This document shows positions 51,957 through 64,000 of a stretch of DNA of 64,000 nt, piece after piece. The stretch spans positions 3,720,001-3,784,000 of the forward strand of contig CM102283.1 of the NCBI GenBank assembly GCA_046563655.1. The letters run 5' to 3'. A program made the position numbers and the translations under genes. The DNA is from Yuukianura sp. NJ FZ-2021 (lineage: Eukaryota). The notes beneath the pieces are model-generated. The model did no database searches and was not told where the DNA came from. It was given only the letters and a program-made list of their open reading frames with translations. The stretch's first letter is position 1, and every line of letters starts with the position of its first letter.

Positions 51957-54153
51957 TCAATCACTGTCCTCATCTATATTTGAACTTCCTCCATGGTTAC
52001 GCCATGATCCAGGAGGAATCGTCGATGAACGATCGAAGTCTCGAGATTGCGCTGATCTCCAGTTCTTATCTTCGCGTTCCCTGGCACTTTTCTGACGATA
52101 GAACTCTGAATTCTTCTCTTCTGCTTCATCCACCATTTCCTGAAGTTTAGTAATCTCGTCCACTACTTCCAATTGTCGCTGCTGGATGGCGGCCAGGGCG
52201 TGTCGGACGGCGCCAAATCTCAACGGATGATCGTTCGGCCAGCGGAAACGAGCTCGGAATATTTCCAGCGACTGTAAATCATAGGAACCATACTTATACG
52301 TACATTTCTATAAATAGTAGGGTCTAGTATGAACAAAACAAAATTGTTAAGTTGAGATGTTGCCAACTTTAAAACCGTAGAATTCCCGTTTCAAGGATTT
52401 CCGCCAAAGTTTGACTGCTTTTTTGTGGAACCCAGTAAGAAAGGCCAGACAGCCCTCGAAAAAATCGAACGCTCCAAGTTCAGATATCGTCCATTGATGT
52501 TCCAGCGTTCTAGCATCTTCCAGAACTTCCTGTACTTTGACTTCATTTTGCTTGTAATCTCGAAGAAGTGCCGCAAGAAGGTCGATCCACGCTGGGAAAC
52601 TTCTTGGAGCCAACTTAATGGCTTGCTCGAAATAGTAGATTGCGTCCTTAACATCTCGATTCTACAAAATATTTTAGAATACTTTTCCAAGCCAAGTTGA
52701 TCCGAAAAAATTAGTATTTGGAAATCGTTCCAGGTCATTAAGACTAAAACAATAAGCGCAAATTGTACGACTTGGCAACACTGAACCTGCATTACCAGTA
52801 AAAGCTAACACACCCTGTTAAAAACTGCAAAGACAGTTTCACTGTTGCCAACTTGCTCAATTCGCGCTTATGGTTTTCGCGGTTACGACCTAATCCCACG
52901 CCAGAATTTATTGGTCTTACGGCACTGATGATGATGGCTCCCATTTTGTGATTTGCTTTGGAGTTGTCAGGATATTTTGTACACACCGTTTTTAGGCAAG
53001 CCACAGCGATTATGTAATCCCGATACTTAGACGGAAGGCTAACTCCAAAAATTTCTCCAAATCGGACCAACTCGTTAAATCGCCAACTTGGCGAGAATAA
53101 CGCTTCCCTTCAAAAATTGTACAAAGTTATGGTTTTAGTTTTAATTTTGTTGATTCTATGTAAAACTCAATTTAGATTTTTTACGTTGCATGTGTTTTGA
53201 TATGATTCACCATGCTGTCGACACTTGGGTATTTCTTGTCCAACGTGACTGATTGGAACCTTCCTGTTTTACTTTGAAAGGCAACAATATCCGCCAAACA
53301 TTGGCACAAATTGGCGATACACCGTGCTCGACCTTTGGATTGGTCATTACCGACATGCTTGAGTGCATTTGTCACGAGGTCAATTTCATCTTGTGATGGA
53401 CCAGATAGTTCAGCAGTAAAGCAGCCACTGTGTTTTCTAGCGAAGCGCACTCGGGTGTACGCTAGGCTATACCAGTACCAATTCTTTTCATCCAACTTAG
53501 TAACCTGAAAACAAAAATAATTTTGAAAACGCTTTAAAAAAACCTCTCTTCTTTTTTGTCTAAATTACGTCGATAATAATTCCTGGTAGCTCTTCACGAC
53601 GATTGTAGTTGGTTGAAATAAGCATCCAACAAGCTACAACGACGACACATTTGCTTTTATTTCCCAATTCATTAAATTCCTCCTCCAAGCCGAATTGAGT
53701 CGGTGGCGGGTCTTGTACTGTCAAGCCATGCTTTAGTTTGTCGTACTTGGCCACATGTTTGAAGGCCAGATGAAAGTGAAGTTGGACAAGGTCGTGCAAA
53801 TACTCGAATCCAGGAATGTACTCTTCACTAAATTTTGTTTCGCAGGTCATCAAGATCATTGTGTCATCAACTTCATTCAGCATCTCCTGTGCCTTTCTCA
53901 AGTCTCCGGCAACGATTTCGAAAAAGAGCTGAACAAAGGGAATCAAGCAGCGCTGGAGATTCCGCATTTCTTTGCACTCGTCGTCCTCTTCTTCTTCTTC
54001 TTCTTCTGAAGATAGCACTGAACCACTAGTTTCTAACTTCAAAGAATTGAATGCTTTCATTTTTTCTGGAATCATGTCAGAGGTCACTTTGTCCACACCA
54101 TTCCACTGGAGAAAGTAGTGTTGAAAACCAGCTAGGTCTTCAAGCGTTTCCAT
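51957..54153 (-). CDS. TPR-repeat helical protein, ~566 aa, 5 exons
   Basis: Exons 54153-53569, 53504-53185, 53107-52921, 52661-52368 and 52271-51957 splice in frame. TPR-like SKANHKMGAIIISANRDVKDAIYYFEQAIKLAP spans the exon 3/4 junction. Confidence 0.7.
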
Positions 54154-54574
54154 TTTGATTTGATTCTGGGTGTTTTTTGGTCAACGAATTTTGAAACTGC
54201 AAATTTTGGATGCTGGAAAAAAAATTTTCACGATCGTTTTTTAATTTCGATTTCGATCGTTGAACTGAGCATAGGTTATTTTTTGTAGAGATTATTTTCA
54301 AAAATTTTTCCTTGTTTTTGTTTTATTCTACTGTGACTGTGATGCGAATACTGTTTATCTTATCATCGTACTTCAAAACACAAAGATGCAATTTGATATC
54401 CGCAACTGACGTGATGTACCAAGTTCAGGGTCAACTCGGTCAATCCCACTCATGATTTATTTCTTGGACAATTACCAGCAGGGTCATAGCAGTGCCGAAA
54501 AATTTGACTTAAAAGTAAATGAATATGCTACGGTGCAGAATGGGTCTCTCTAAACTGAAAAGTTCAAAAAAAAT

Positions 54575-54660
54575 TCCTTCGAACCGGATTTGAACCAGTG
54601 ACCGTCCGATGACTTTTAAACAACTACAGTCGGACGCTCTACCAACTGAGCTATCGAAGG
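54575..54660 (-). tRNA. tRNA-Tyr(GTA) with 13-nt intron
   Basis: CCTTCGA TA GCTC AGTTGGTA GAGC G TCCGA CTGTAG[TTGTTTAAAAGTC]A TCGGA CGGTC ACTGG TTCAAAT CCGGT TCGAAGG A. C1:G72, A73, downstream T8 terminator. Confidence 0.95.
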
Positions 54661-54854
54661 GCAGTTGAAAATTTGTGCAAATAAACACACTAGCATACTC
54701 AATCTGACAAAAAAGTTGTGCTAAATTCCGAACATTGCCGATTTTGTTTTGGCGCCATTCTCATAAATTCAAAATTTGACAGATTATGAATCTTGTAATT
54801 AAAATTAAAGTTAAAAATTGTTTTAATACTTAATTAATTAGTTTGATTTTACCA

Positions 54855-57178
54855 ATGAGACTCGGAATGGAGAAGGTGATTCTTTTTGCAGTTGGTTCCT
54901 ACAACCCTCTGACGATTATGCACTTGCGAATGTTTGGTAAGCTTACATTAATTATCTTAGATTAAGTGATCAATTTGATTGATTTAATCGTGATTAAATT
55001 TAACTTTGCAGAGTTGGCTCGAGACTATTTCCGTGGAACTGGTCGTACGTCTGTCATTGGCGGAATCGTGTCACCAGTCAACGACAAATATCCGAAGCGG
55101 GTGATTTTGATAAAAAACGAAGAAGAAACTACTGAGTAATCTGTTAATCGATTAATTGTGTAAGCAGGGTCTAGCATCAGCTGAGCATAGGTTTCAAATG
55201 GCATCGCTCGGGGCAAGTACCAGTCCAGACCGATGGGTCAAAGTGTCACCGTGGGAAACTCTAGAAACGTCAGACTGGACAAGAACTTGTGTTTCACTTA
55301 TACATCACCAGGTACAACTCATCTCTAATTAGAATTTTGGTAATCAACGATTTCTAGTCGATTAATGTTGATCACTTTCTTGCAGACTCAAATAGACGAA
55401 TTTTTAAAAGGAAGCAAGTTAACTGAACCAACGAAGACCTGGATGCCGCAGACTGAAGAATTTAACGATGTCACTGGAAACGTCCATGTCAGACTGAGAC
55501 TTCTGTGTGGCGCAGACGTTCTGGAGTCGTTCAACATTCCTGATCTCTGGAGCGACGAACATGTAAGATCACAAAAACCCCAAAGATCACAAAATTAACC
55601 ATTTCCTGATCTGACATGACTCGATTTGTCATCAATGTTTTCTCGTCTGTCCAAGAAATTCCTGATTCTTGTCCATTTGGCGTTTTCCTTTGAAAGTTGA
55701 AGTACTTTTGGTTTCTAATCTTGGAAATCGAGTATCTTTGGATCTCTTTTTCCCCTCTCTCATTTTTCCAAAAGAAAACTAATTGAAGTGGTCCCTAGAA
55801 AGGAAAGTCATGTAAGAAATGCAAGGGGAAAGTGGGAAATTACGGAGAAATTGGAAGAGGGAGACTGTACAAAGTCCTTTTTGAATTCATGGGAAAAGAT
55901 CTTTATGGCGGTGGGGGAATTTTTAGTCTTTGCACTTTCTCTCCTGTAGTTACTCCCTCTGCTTACACTCCCGCAGTTACTCCCTCCGCATACACCAACT
56001 TTCACATTTTGATGTCTTTTTTTCTATAAAATTTGAAAATTTGGTAGGGTACTAAAGGTCTTGTTACTCCAACCGTAACGTCCGCCAAGAAACTTAAAAT
56101 TGCGTGACGGACGTAAAGTGCGTGCGGACCGCCGACGTGATGTTTCTGTTGGGAATAAAATTTTGGTTTATAAAATTTCAGTTTTCCAACTTTTCATTTT
56201 CAACTTTTCAACTTTGTTTGATTAGGTGGTAGATTCAATGTCAAACGACTCTGACCTTCTTAAGAATATGTTTTTGAAAAGGAATTTTTTTTTAATTTTG
56301 GTTTTTTGGAATTTTGAATTTTTCAGACGGAAATAATTGCAAGAGACTTTGGAATTGTCGTAATAACTCGCAATGGACAAGATCCTGAGGCGTCAATAGA
56401 GCGAAATCCAATTCTAAAGAAATACAGAGTAAGTTTTACAGTACAATTAAAGTTAACTTTAAATGCTAAGCACGTCCACCCAATAACTTTAACTTTTGTG
56501 CAATTAACTTTTGCTTTTGTTCTTTTTAATTAATGGGCTGAATCATGTTTTGACTGTCGCAGCTCGCAGGAGCTTATAAACCCAAGGCTATTTTTCCACT
56601 TCGTTAAAAATTCTGGTCTTGTAACTTTTTTTTCAAAGACAAGATTTTTTGTGAGATATTTTGAGAACTAAAGTTAATTGTTAATTATTTAACAAAAGTT
56701 AACAATGAAAGTGGAGGATGAGAACTTGACCTTCCAGTGGAAGACATAAACGATTGTTTTGCATTGCAAAGTGCTCTGAAGCATGCAATCGATTTTCCAT
56801 GCGTGCAAGCTGCTACTTTTTACTTCTAAAAAATGTAATCCATGAATTATGTAATCGTAAAATTTTAGTATCCGCCCTACACAAAAAGAGAAAAGCCGAA
56901 ATTTTGTGCTGTGCTTTTGAGCCATTTTTACTTTGTAGAATTTGTTCACTGCTCAGTTTGATATTTTGGTCGAATTTCTTACTTTGAATTTAGAGTTTCT
57001 TTAAAATGTTTTTTGTTTTTGAATGTTTCAGAGTAATATTTTCATAGTAGAAGAAAAAATTAAGAATGAAATTTCATCAACTAAAGTTCGAGAAGCAATT
57101 AGAAGTGGGGAATCCATTCAATACATTGTTCCGGATCCAGTCGTACAATACATCCACAAGCATCAGTTGTATCGATAG
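54855..57178 (+). CDS. Nmnat: Nicotinamide/nicotinate mononucleotide adenylyltransferase
   Basis: Six exons; [52 protein letters not shown]. Confidence 0.95.
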
Positions 57179-58612
57179 AAAACAATTAATTGAAAACTTA
57201 ATTAATTAATTAACATATTAATTGGTATTTAGTCGAAACTTATTCTTAGAATTTTTGAACTTTGACTTCGAAGATTTCCAGCAACATTTTCTGTATTTTT
57301 ATTTTCTGTGTTTGATTTTGTATAATCTAAGACGTAGTTACCTTAGTGTAGGAACTGGTAAGCTAAACGCAAATTTAACATGGAAATATAAATAATCTTC
57401 ACTTAATTTAGTTAATCAACGTTAAAGTTAATTAACATTAACTTAAATCTAGATTTTAAGGAGAGGCTTAACTTTTAGCACGGGTCAAGTGACTTTTTGT
57501 GACAAATGCAAAATTCCTGAGAGGCAGATTTTAGTCATGCACAGGCGCACGACCAGTTTTGTTTTTACAGTCATTTGGAACTATTTTACAACGGATTGAA
57601 AAAAAATCAGAAAAACGAAAGTTGTAATTTCAAAACTTTCCACCATGCTTATCTCATCAGTCATTTGTAAAAAATATACTTAAATCTGTAAATGTGCTAC
57701 AAAATAAATCAAAAACTTAACTTTAAAGCTACAACTGTCTGTGTAAACTTAAAAACAAACACCAAATTCACAAATTTTTCGAAATTTTGTCCAAAAAGGT
57801 CTCATAATCCATTGGACATCTCATACCGAGTGCACCATTACCCCCCGTAAAAATTTTCTCTTGGTAACTCCATTACCTAATTGAAAACGCTCATTTCTAA
57901 AATCTAAAAATATTTTGTTTGTTTGGAAGAAAACTTTGACGAAAAAAATTTTTTTGTCAGTTTTCTGTACGGTTGAGAGGCGACATGTTTTTGAATTTGA
58001 GATTTGTGAATCTAATTTAGTCAAAGGCGACTGCAGCTTTTCCAAATTCAAAATTTGGGAGTGTGGTGCAGAAAATTAGAATTTCTAAATTAAAATTAGA
58101 CTTTCATATTTGTAGTTTGGTAAAAATAAAAGGTGTTAATTAGTTAATTACGAATGATAGAGACAGGTACACTTCATAACTACTGAAATTTCAGTATGTC
58201 CGAACATGTTTTGGAGCAGTTACGCTTTTCAACTCACACAAAAAGTCTTATGAATATTTGTACCAGGACATTAAACTTTTAGGGGGACTTGTAAGATTTA
58301 ATTAGTAATATTGCTAATACACACTTTTCAACTAATTAACTAAAACTAATCAACTAAAATTCAGATCCACGCCCATTACCCGCCAAACTTTTTTTCCGAC
58401 TCTCAAAATGGCAGCTTTTATGGCTCTTTAAGCCAAAAATCTTAATTTCTTACAATTCTAATGATTTGTCGTCACTCCCGCTCCCTGGTGATGATTTTCG
58501 CACTTTTGGCGCGAAAAAAAGCTTAAAATAGGCTTAACTTTCTTTTTAACTTTACATTTTTTAGAACAAGTCTTGAAATACATGGGATGAGGGCTGTACA
58601 GGGGACGTGTAA

Positions 58613-61600
58613 TTAGTGGAACTGTGTAAAGTAGATGAGAGTGACCAATCCGCTGATTAACGCGAAACTTTGAAATTCACGTCGCGTGCTGCCGTTGCCT
58701 GAGAGTTTTGACGACGCTGAAAAAGTGAGAGTTTCGCTGCTGGTGTGCTGGTCGCTTAGCATTTTTTCTTTGTCCTTGCCCTCTGTGGCTCTTGACTTGT
58801 TACTTTTGGGGAATGACGTTGACGCAGATGTCGTAGACCTTGACGTGGTTGACGTTGTCGTAGTTGTCGTAGTCGTTGTCGTAGTAGTTGTCGTAGGTTC
58901 GGGAACGTAAGTTCCGTTGTTGATGAAGTATGGACGACCATACTCCAAGCGAATGTTTGTCACTTGGAGGAGTTTGCGTGCTCCGCCGATGTAGCGCGTC
59001 GCTGCGAATCCGTCTTTGTAGTGTGTCCGAAGTGTCGCCCAGTACAGCAAGTCGCCACTGAGTTTAGTGCCTTTCAAGGTCATGTTGACGGCAGTGCCAC
59101 TCAGAAGATCCGCTGAAGCAGTCACGGTTTCACCAGTACCTGGCCAGTTTAGAAACAAAGTGTTTTTAGAATTTTGAAAAGTGTTGAAAATTTAGAAAAA
59201 GTGTTTTTTGATACCAAAAAAAAAAAAGTTTGAACGTGACCGCGGGAGAGGAGCCCTGTGTGACATGTGTACTTAAATGCACCGATAAATCTCTTCTGAG
59301 AAAAAAGAAAAGAAAGTCTTTCTCGCAAAAACCTCTCAAGATTTTTCTTTGCTGAAGATTTTCTCCAAAAAAATCGTGTCAAGAATTTCTTGATGAGAAA
59401 AAAGAGAAAAGACAGGAAAAATCGGAAGTTAGGACACAGGAAATAAACATTTCTGGAATTTCGGAATTTCCTGACACTGAAAGACTAATGGGTTTCCGAT
59501 TTTCAAAAACACAACAAAAATGCCACGTTTTTTCAAAGTGTCACCATAATTCAATTGTCTCTCGTAATTTCAATTTTCATATAAATTGAAACTCAAGCTT
59601 TACATCACGTCTTTTTTACAACGTATTTCAGGAATTTTAATTTCCTCTTTTGTTTTCTTTTTTATGTTTATATTTTCATATTAAAAGGCTCGGATCCCAC
59701 CGTTACATCATAGCGACGCGTGAGTTCAAAATTTCGCGCTCCGCTGAAAATTGTGTTTGCGTCATCATCTTTTTTGTACCTCAGAAAACCTAATTCCTCT
59801 ACCACAGCATTTCATTTCTGCTGTGTAGCTGTGTTCTATTCATTCTCTGTCCATTCATCTTTTCATTTCAAAATTTTGAAAAACAAAATTGGATTTTGTT
59901 TCCCTCCCTGCTTTGTAATTATTTCTAACCAAAAATAAAAGCGAGTGAACTCGGGAGAAAGTTCAAAATTTGTGTTTAAGAAAAAATGAAAATAAATTTA
60001 ATTACAAAACAACGCAAGTTTTTCAAGAAACGAAAACGAACTCTGACATTTTCCTCTTTCTTTTTCAAAACAGAAAACATTTTGCCCGTTGAAATTCAAA
60101 ATGAGGTCAACTTTGAGACAAACAGAGAAAGTTTGAGTAAAAGCCCGCAGCGTTTTTTCATTTCGTCAACCCTTCAGTGTGTAATCCTATCTGATTAAAA
60201 TTTCGCAACAGCCAAAGCAATTAAACAAAAAACTTCGAAAACAAAAGAATAAACTTTTCAAAAACCAAACACTTTTTAAAATTTTTCATACTTTTCAAAA
60301 ACTAAAACTTTTAAAACGCAAATCCATTGTTTGACTTTTCCTCAACATCAGAACCAGAAAATGACCAAGATAAATGTTTCTCTCTGAAGAAAGTGAAAAT
60401 TTAGCCTAACCAGAAAGTGAAAGGACAACCTAGCCTAACATTAGCCTAACTTTAACCTAATCACTTTTTCTCTTTTTGCCAAGTCCGATGACTTAAGGAA
60501 GCCATAAACCTTTCTCCAGAGAGAAATCACTTGATTAAGGTCACTCTACCATCTTAGCACGAAAGGCTAAAAAAGCTGACCTAAAAGACTAAAATTTGAA
60601 ACTTCCGCGCATGCTCCGTTCCTCGTTCGTGTTTGCATTTTGAGGCCTTGGAATGAGGACAGTATGAATTATTGGAGAGGACTAAAAGCAAAGAGGCCAA
60701 AGGAGACTATAAGGCCACTTTGCATTTTTAGTACTTATGTTAAAAGGACTATTGATTTTCCTGGAAATGCTAAAGACTAGCAGCAGCAGGAGAGCTATAG
60801 ACTAAAAGTCTAAAGCAGTTTTTAGTGCACTCTAGCGCAGTTGGATGCAATTGGATTCGAGGAGATAGGCGTTTGGATTAATTTGGGCCTAACAAAGATG
60901 TCCTCGTCCTTGTCCTTGGATTTAGCTTCATTACAAAGTCATTAGTAACTGTCTAGGACTAGTGCATACGATAGGCTTTTAGACTACTGGAATTTATAGT
61001 CTTGTGTCACCTTGAGCTAGGACAACCAGAAGCCACACCTAGAACTGTCTACACTCCTGTCCAGTTTATAGGCTTTTCCAGATAATGAGGATGTCCTACA
61101 AATTCTGAAGCTTAACAAATTTTAACCTTGACAAAATTTGTAAAATTTCCAAGCTGAACAAAATTTCTTTGCCAAAAAAAAATTCAACGTTGGGAAAATT
61201 TTTCCGTGAAAAGACCAAGGGTTGGGAAAATTTTCGCTAAAAGATTCTTTCAAGAACTGTCTTAAAAAAACTTCTCATTTCGTATTACTTTAAATTCGGT
61301 TAAATTTAGCCGTGTACCGTGAATTTTCAGATAATTGACGGGCGTTTATAATTTGAAGGCTTGTTGAGCTACGAAACGGAAGTGAGGAAACTATTTTGTA
61401 ATGATTTAGCACAGCGAATGGTGACTATAGAGTGAAGGACAATGATGATGCATGGGCGTGGTCTGACGTAAAGCAAACAATGAAGAAGCTCCTGTGTGCT
61501 CTCTATTCTTTTTGCAAACTGCCAACTTCAAAGTCTCTCAACCGTGACAAGGTTGTGCCTAATTAGCTAAAATTTGTCTTTTTTCTTACCACCCCCATAA

Positions 61601-63982
61601 AACATAACATAGTGTAATGTACACAGTGTAATTTACATAGTGTACAACATAAGTGTCATCGTACAACTTATAGACAATGGTCACTTTGCATGAGAGGGAA
61701 AGACAAAAATGTTGAAATTTGCAAAATTAAAAAGTTGAAGTTTGATGAAGTCTCATTTCTTGTTCAACTCAACTGAATTTGAGGTCACTTTGATTATAAT
61801 GTTATGTCCAATGTCAGATGAGAGAATAAGCTCACTTAATGGAAAACGTCAACACACGTCAAAAATTTCACAAAAGTGTGTCAAATTTACCCACCCACAT
61901 TTGGCTCAATTCCTTTCCAATTTCGAAAAAAAAAGGAAATGGAGCTAACATGCTCACTTAAATAAAAAATTCCCTCCTGTTCCATTTGTTTCGAACACAA
62001 AAAAATCTAAAAGCTTTCTCTCGTTTTCTCTCGCTCCAAAAAGAGAGAAAACTTTTCTCTTTTTAACTTTGATCAATTTTGACCAATATTTTTTGAAATG
62101 ACAGAAGGTTGATGACAATTGAACCAAAAATTAAACTTTTTTGTGATGATGATAATGAAACTTTGTTTTCAGCGCATGACTTGCTACGTAATTTGGGCAA
62201 AGTGGAAATTCATGTCATCATCATCTTTCTTCAACGGTTGAGAAGTGGAAGTTGATTTTCATAATTTCAAGTCATCGGAGCCTCATGAAGGCTTTTAGTA
62301 TCATTAGCTTATGCTTTTACTTGATCATTTTGTTCCAAATTTTGAAAAAAATTTAGTCAAAGAATGCCGAGAAACTAGAACTAACGACGTCATTCCTGAG
62401 CAGGAGCAGGAGGATTTACTAAAAAAAATTTGTTGGTCAAGCAACTTTTTTTTTGCTGAGTCAAGGCCGATTGGAGCTTGTTTTGATTAAAACTCAAAAT
62501 TTCGAATTTTAGATTTCAAAGAAGCGATGACGCATAAAAATTTTGGCGGCGAAAGATTATCTTCTAACAAGAAAAACAGCGTTTGCAATCAGGCTTGCTC
62601 CATTTTTGCATGAACTTTGATCTAAAAAAAAACAAGTTTTCAAAAAAATATGTTTGCTCAAAGGATGAATTTCAATTTGGAAAAGAACCTACAGGCTTCC
62701 CACGCTCCGTCTTCTATGACGTCCCAATTTCAAAAAAGTTTTCTAGTTTGAGTTTGTTAGAATTTGAAATTTGCATCGTAATATGAGATGAAATTCAATT
62801 GAAAATGGATTTTCCTAACACTGTCTGTCTGTCCAGGAAGTTCCTGTGATCCTAATACCCGCCATCCAAACTTTCTCACAGGAAAACAAACAAGCCGCTT
62901 TCACTTTCCTGTCCAAACCTAACTGGAAGTTTCGAGGGAAAAGGCTTAAAAACACTTCCAAATCAGTCGGCAGTAGACTGGCGGGAAATTTCAAATTTTA
63001 AGTCAACCAGAAACTCATTCGCATGCCCAGGTATTCAATCTTTATCTCTTTATGGCCCAATAGTTACTCCCTCCACTACTCCTAATTCAGTGTCACAATA
63101 GTTACTTCTTCCACTATCTTGGATTTCTTCGTTTCGAAAGATAGTTACTCCCTCCACTACCACATTTCCAAAATAGTTACTCCCGCCAATACCTTAGTTT
63201 TGAGAATAAGTTACTTCCTTCCTCTAATACTTCTCGTTTTGAAAATAGTTACTTCCGCCACTACTCCTAGATCTCTTCGATTTGAAAATATTTGTTCCCT
63301 TCACTGCTTGTCGATTTGAAAACAGAGATAGTTACTCCCTCCATTACTCCTGTCTTCATTTTGACATTAGGGAATCTTCTGGGCGTTCTTATTTTGATTT
63401 ATGGCTTTGACCTAACTTTGACCTCACAATTCGACAGGAGTCCATTACGATTGCATTGTCCTTCCACTTGAACAAATCCACCCTCCACCGCATCTCTACT
63501 CAACTGTAGTTCAAAAGTGGTCCACCACAAATGAAACGACGTCAGTCACTCTAGTCTTTGGAACAATGAAACTCTAAAACCAAAATACTCTTGGTTTTGT
63601 GTTAAAACGCAACAAAAACTAACTTTTTGTTAACCTAGCCTAACGTCTAATGGTTCAGGAAGAGCGGGAAGATGTGAACAGAACAAAGGAAATGATGAGA
63701 TGAAAGGTTTATATTCAGCTGGGAAAAGTCGATGTTTTTGTTTAAATTTTTATGGAGGGAGTAACTAACACTGAGATTTTTTTCCAAGTGGAGCTTTTGA
63801 ACAACCTCCATTGTCTGTTTGAACAAATTCTGTTTGAACAAAATCTCTTCCTATTGTAACTTTTTTGTAAAGCATGAGCGAAAAAGTAAACAGAATTTTA
63901 TGTCTCTATTCAGTACGTTTCAGATTTTTCAAAAAGATTTCTGGACAGAGGTTATCTCTCGTCGTCAGAATAAAGTAGTAAG
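58613..63982 (-). CDS. 3' exons of a probable GPI-anchored or cell-surface protein with a Thr-rich stalk; gene starts beyond the window end
   Basis: Last exon 59139-58613 has PEP(T)n and a hydrophobic C-terminus. Phase-compatible upstream exons lie at 63982-63917, 63718-63645 and 63503(or 63573)-63428; their linkage across the 4.3-kb intron is inferred. Confidence 0.6.
63058..63352. repeat. Degenerate ~40-bp tandem repeat (ATAGTTACTCCCTCCACTAC core)
   Basis: About 7 units; related short cores at 55947-55990 and ~63755-63770. Confidence 0.7.
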
Positions 63983-64000
63983 CTGTTTTCAAAAAAGCGG

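Overview
AT-rich, intron-containing eukaryotic DNA, most likely from an arthropod (inferred from the clan-3 P450s, the AAP(A/V) cuticle protein and many short introns). Left to right: (1) the 5' part of an M13/neprilysin-type peptidase gene on the minus strand. (2) Four paralogous 3-exon genes for small multi-pass membrane proteins. Two of them lie in a ~3.7/5.6-kb inverted duplication whose spacer holds a secreted ricin-B-like gene and an intact-looking 4.08-kb EnSpm/CACTA-type DNA transposon. (3) About 7.5 kb with no supportable gene. (4) A tandem array of five cytochrome P450 genes showing gene-conversion tracts. (5) A microexon-built cuticle protein gene, mRpL19, a TPR protein, an intron-containing tRNA-Tyr, NMNAT, and the 3' part of a probable GPI-anchored protein gene. 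Several MITEs and minisatellites are also present. The most unusual signals are five tRNA-like Pol III-type units confined to the homologous second intron of three membrane-protein paralogs, and a transposon in which skipping one 160-nt exon would fuse the accessory protein in frame to the transposase. All gene models were spliced by eye; no searches were run.
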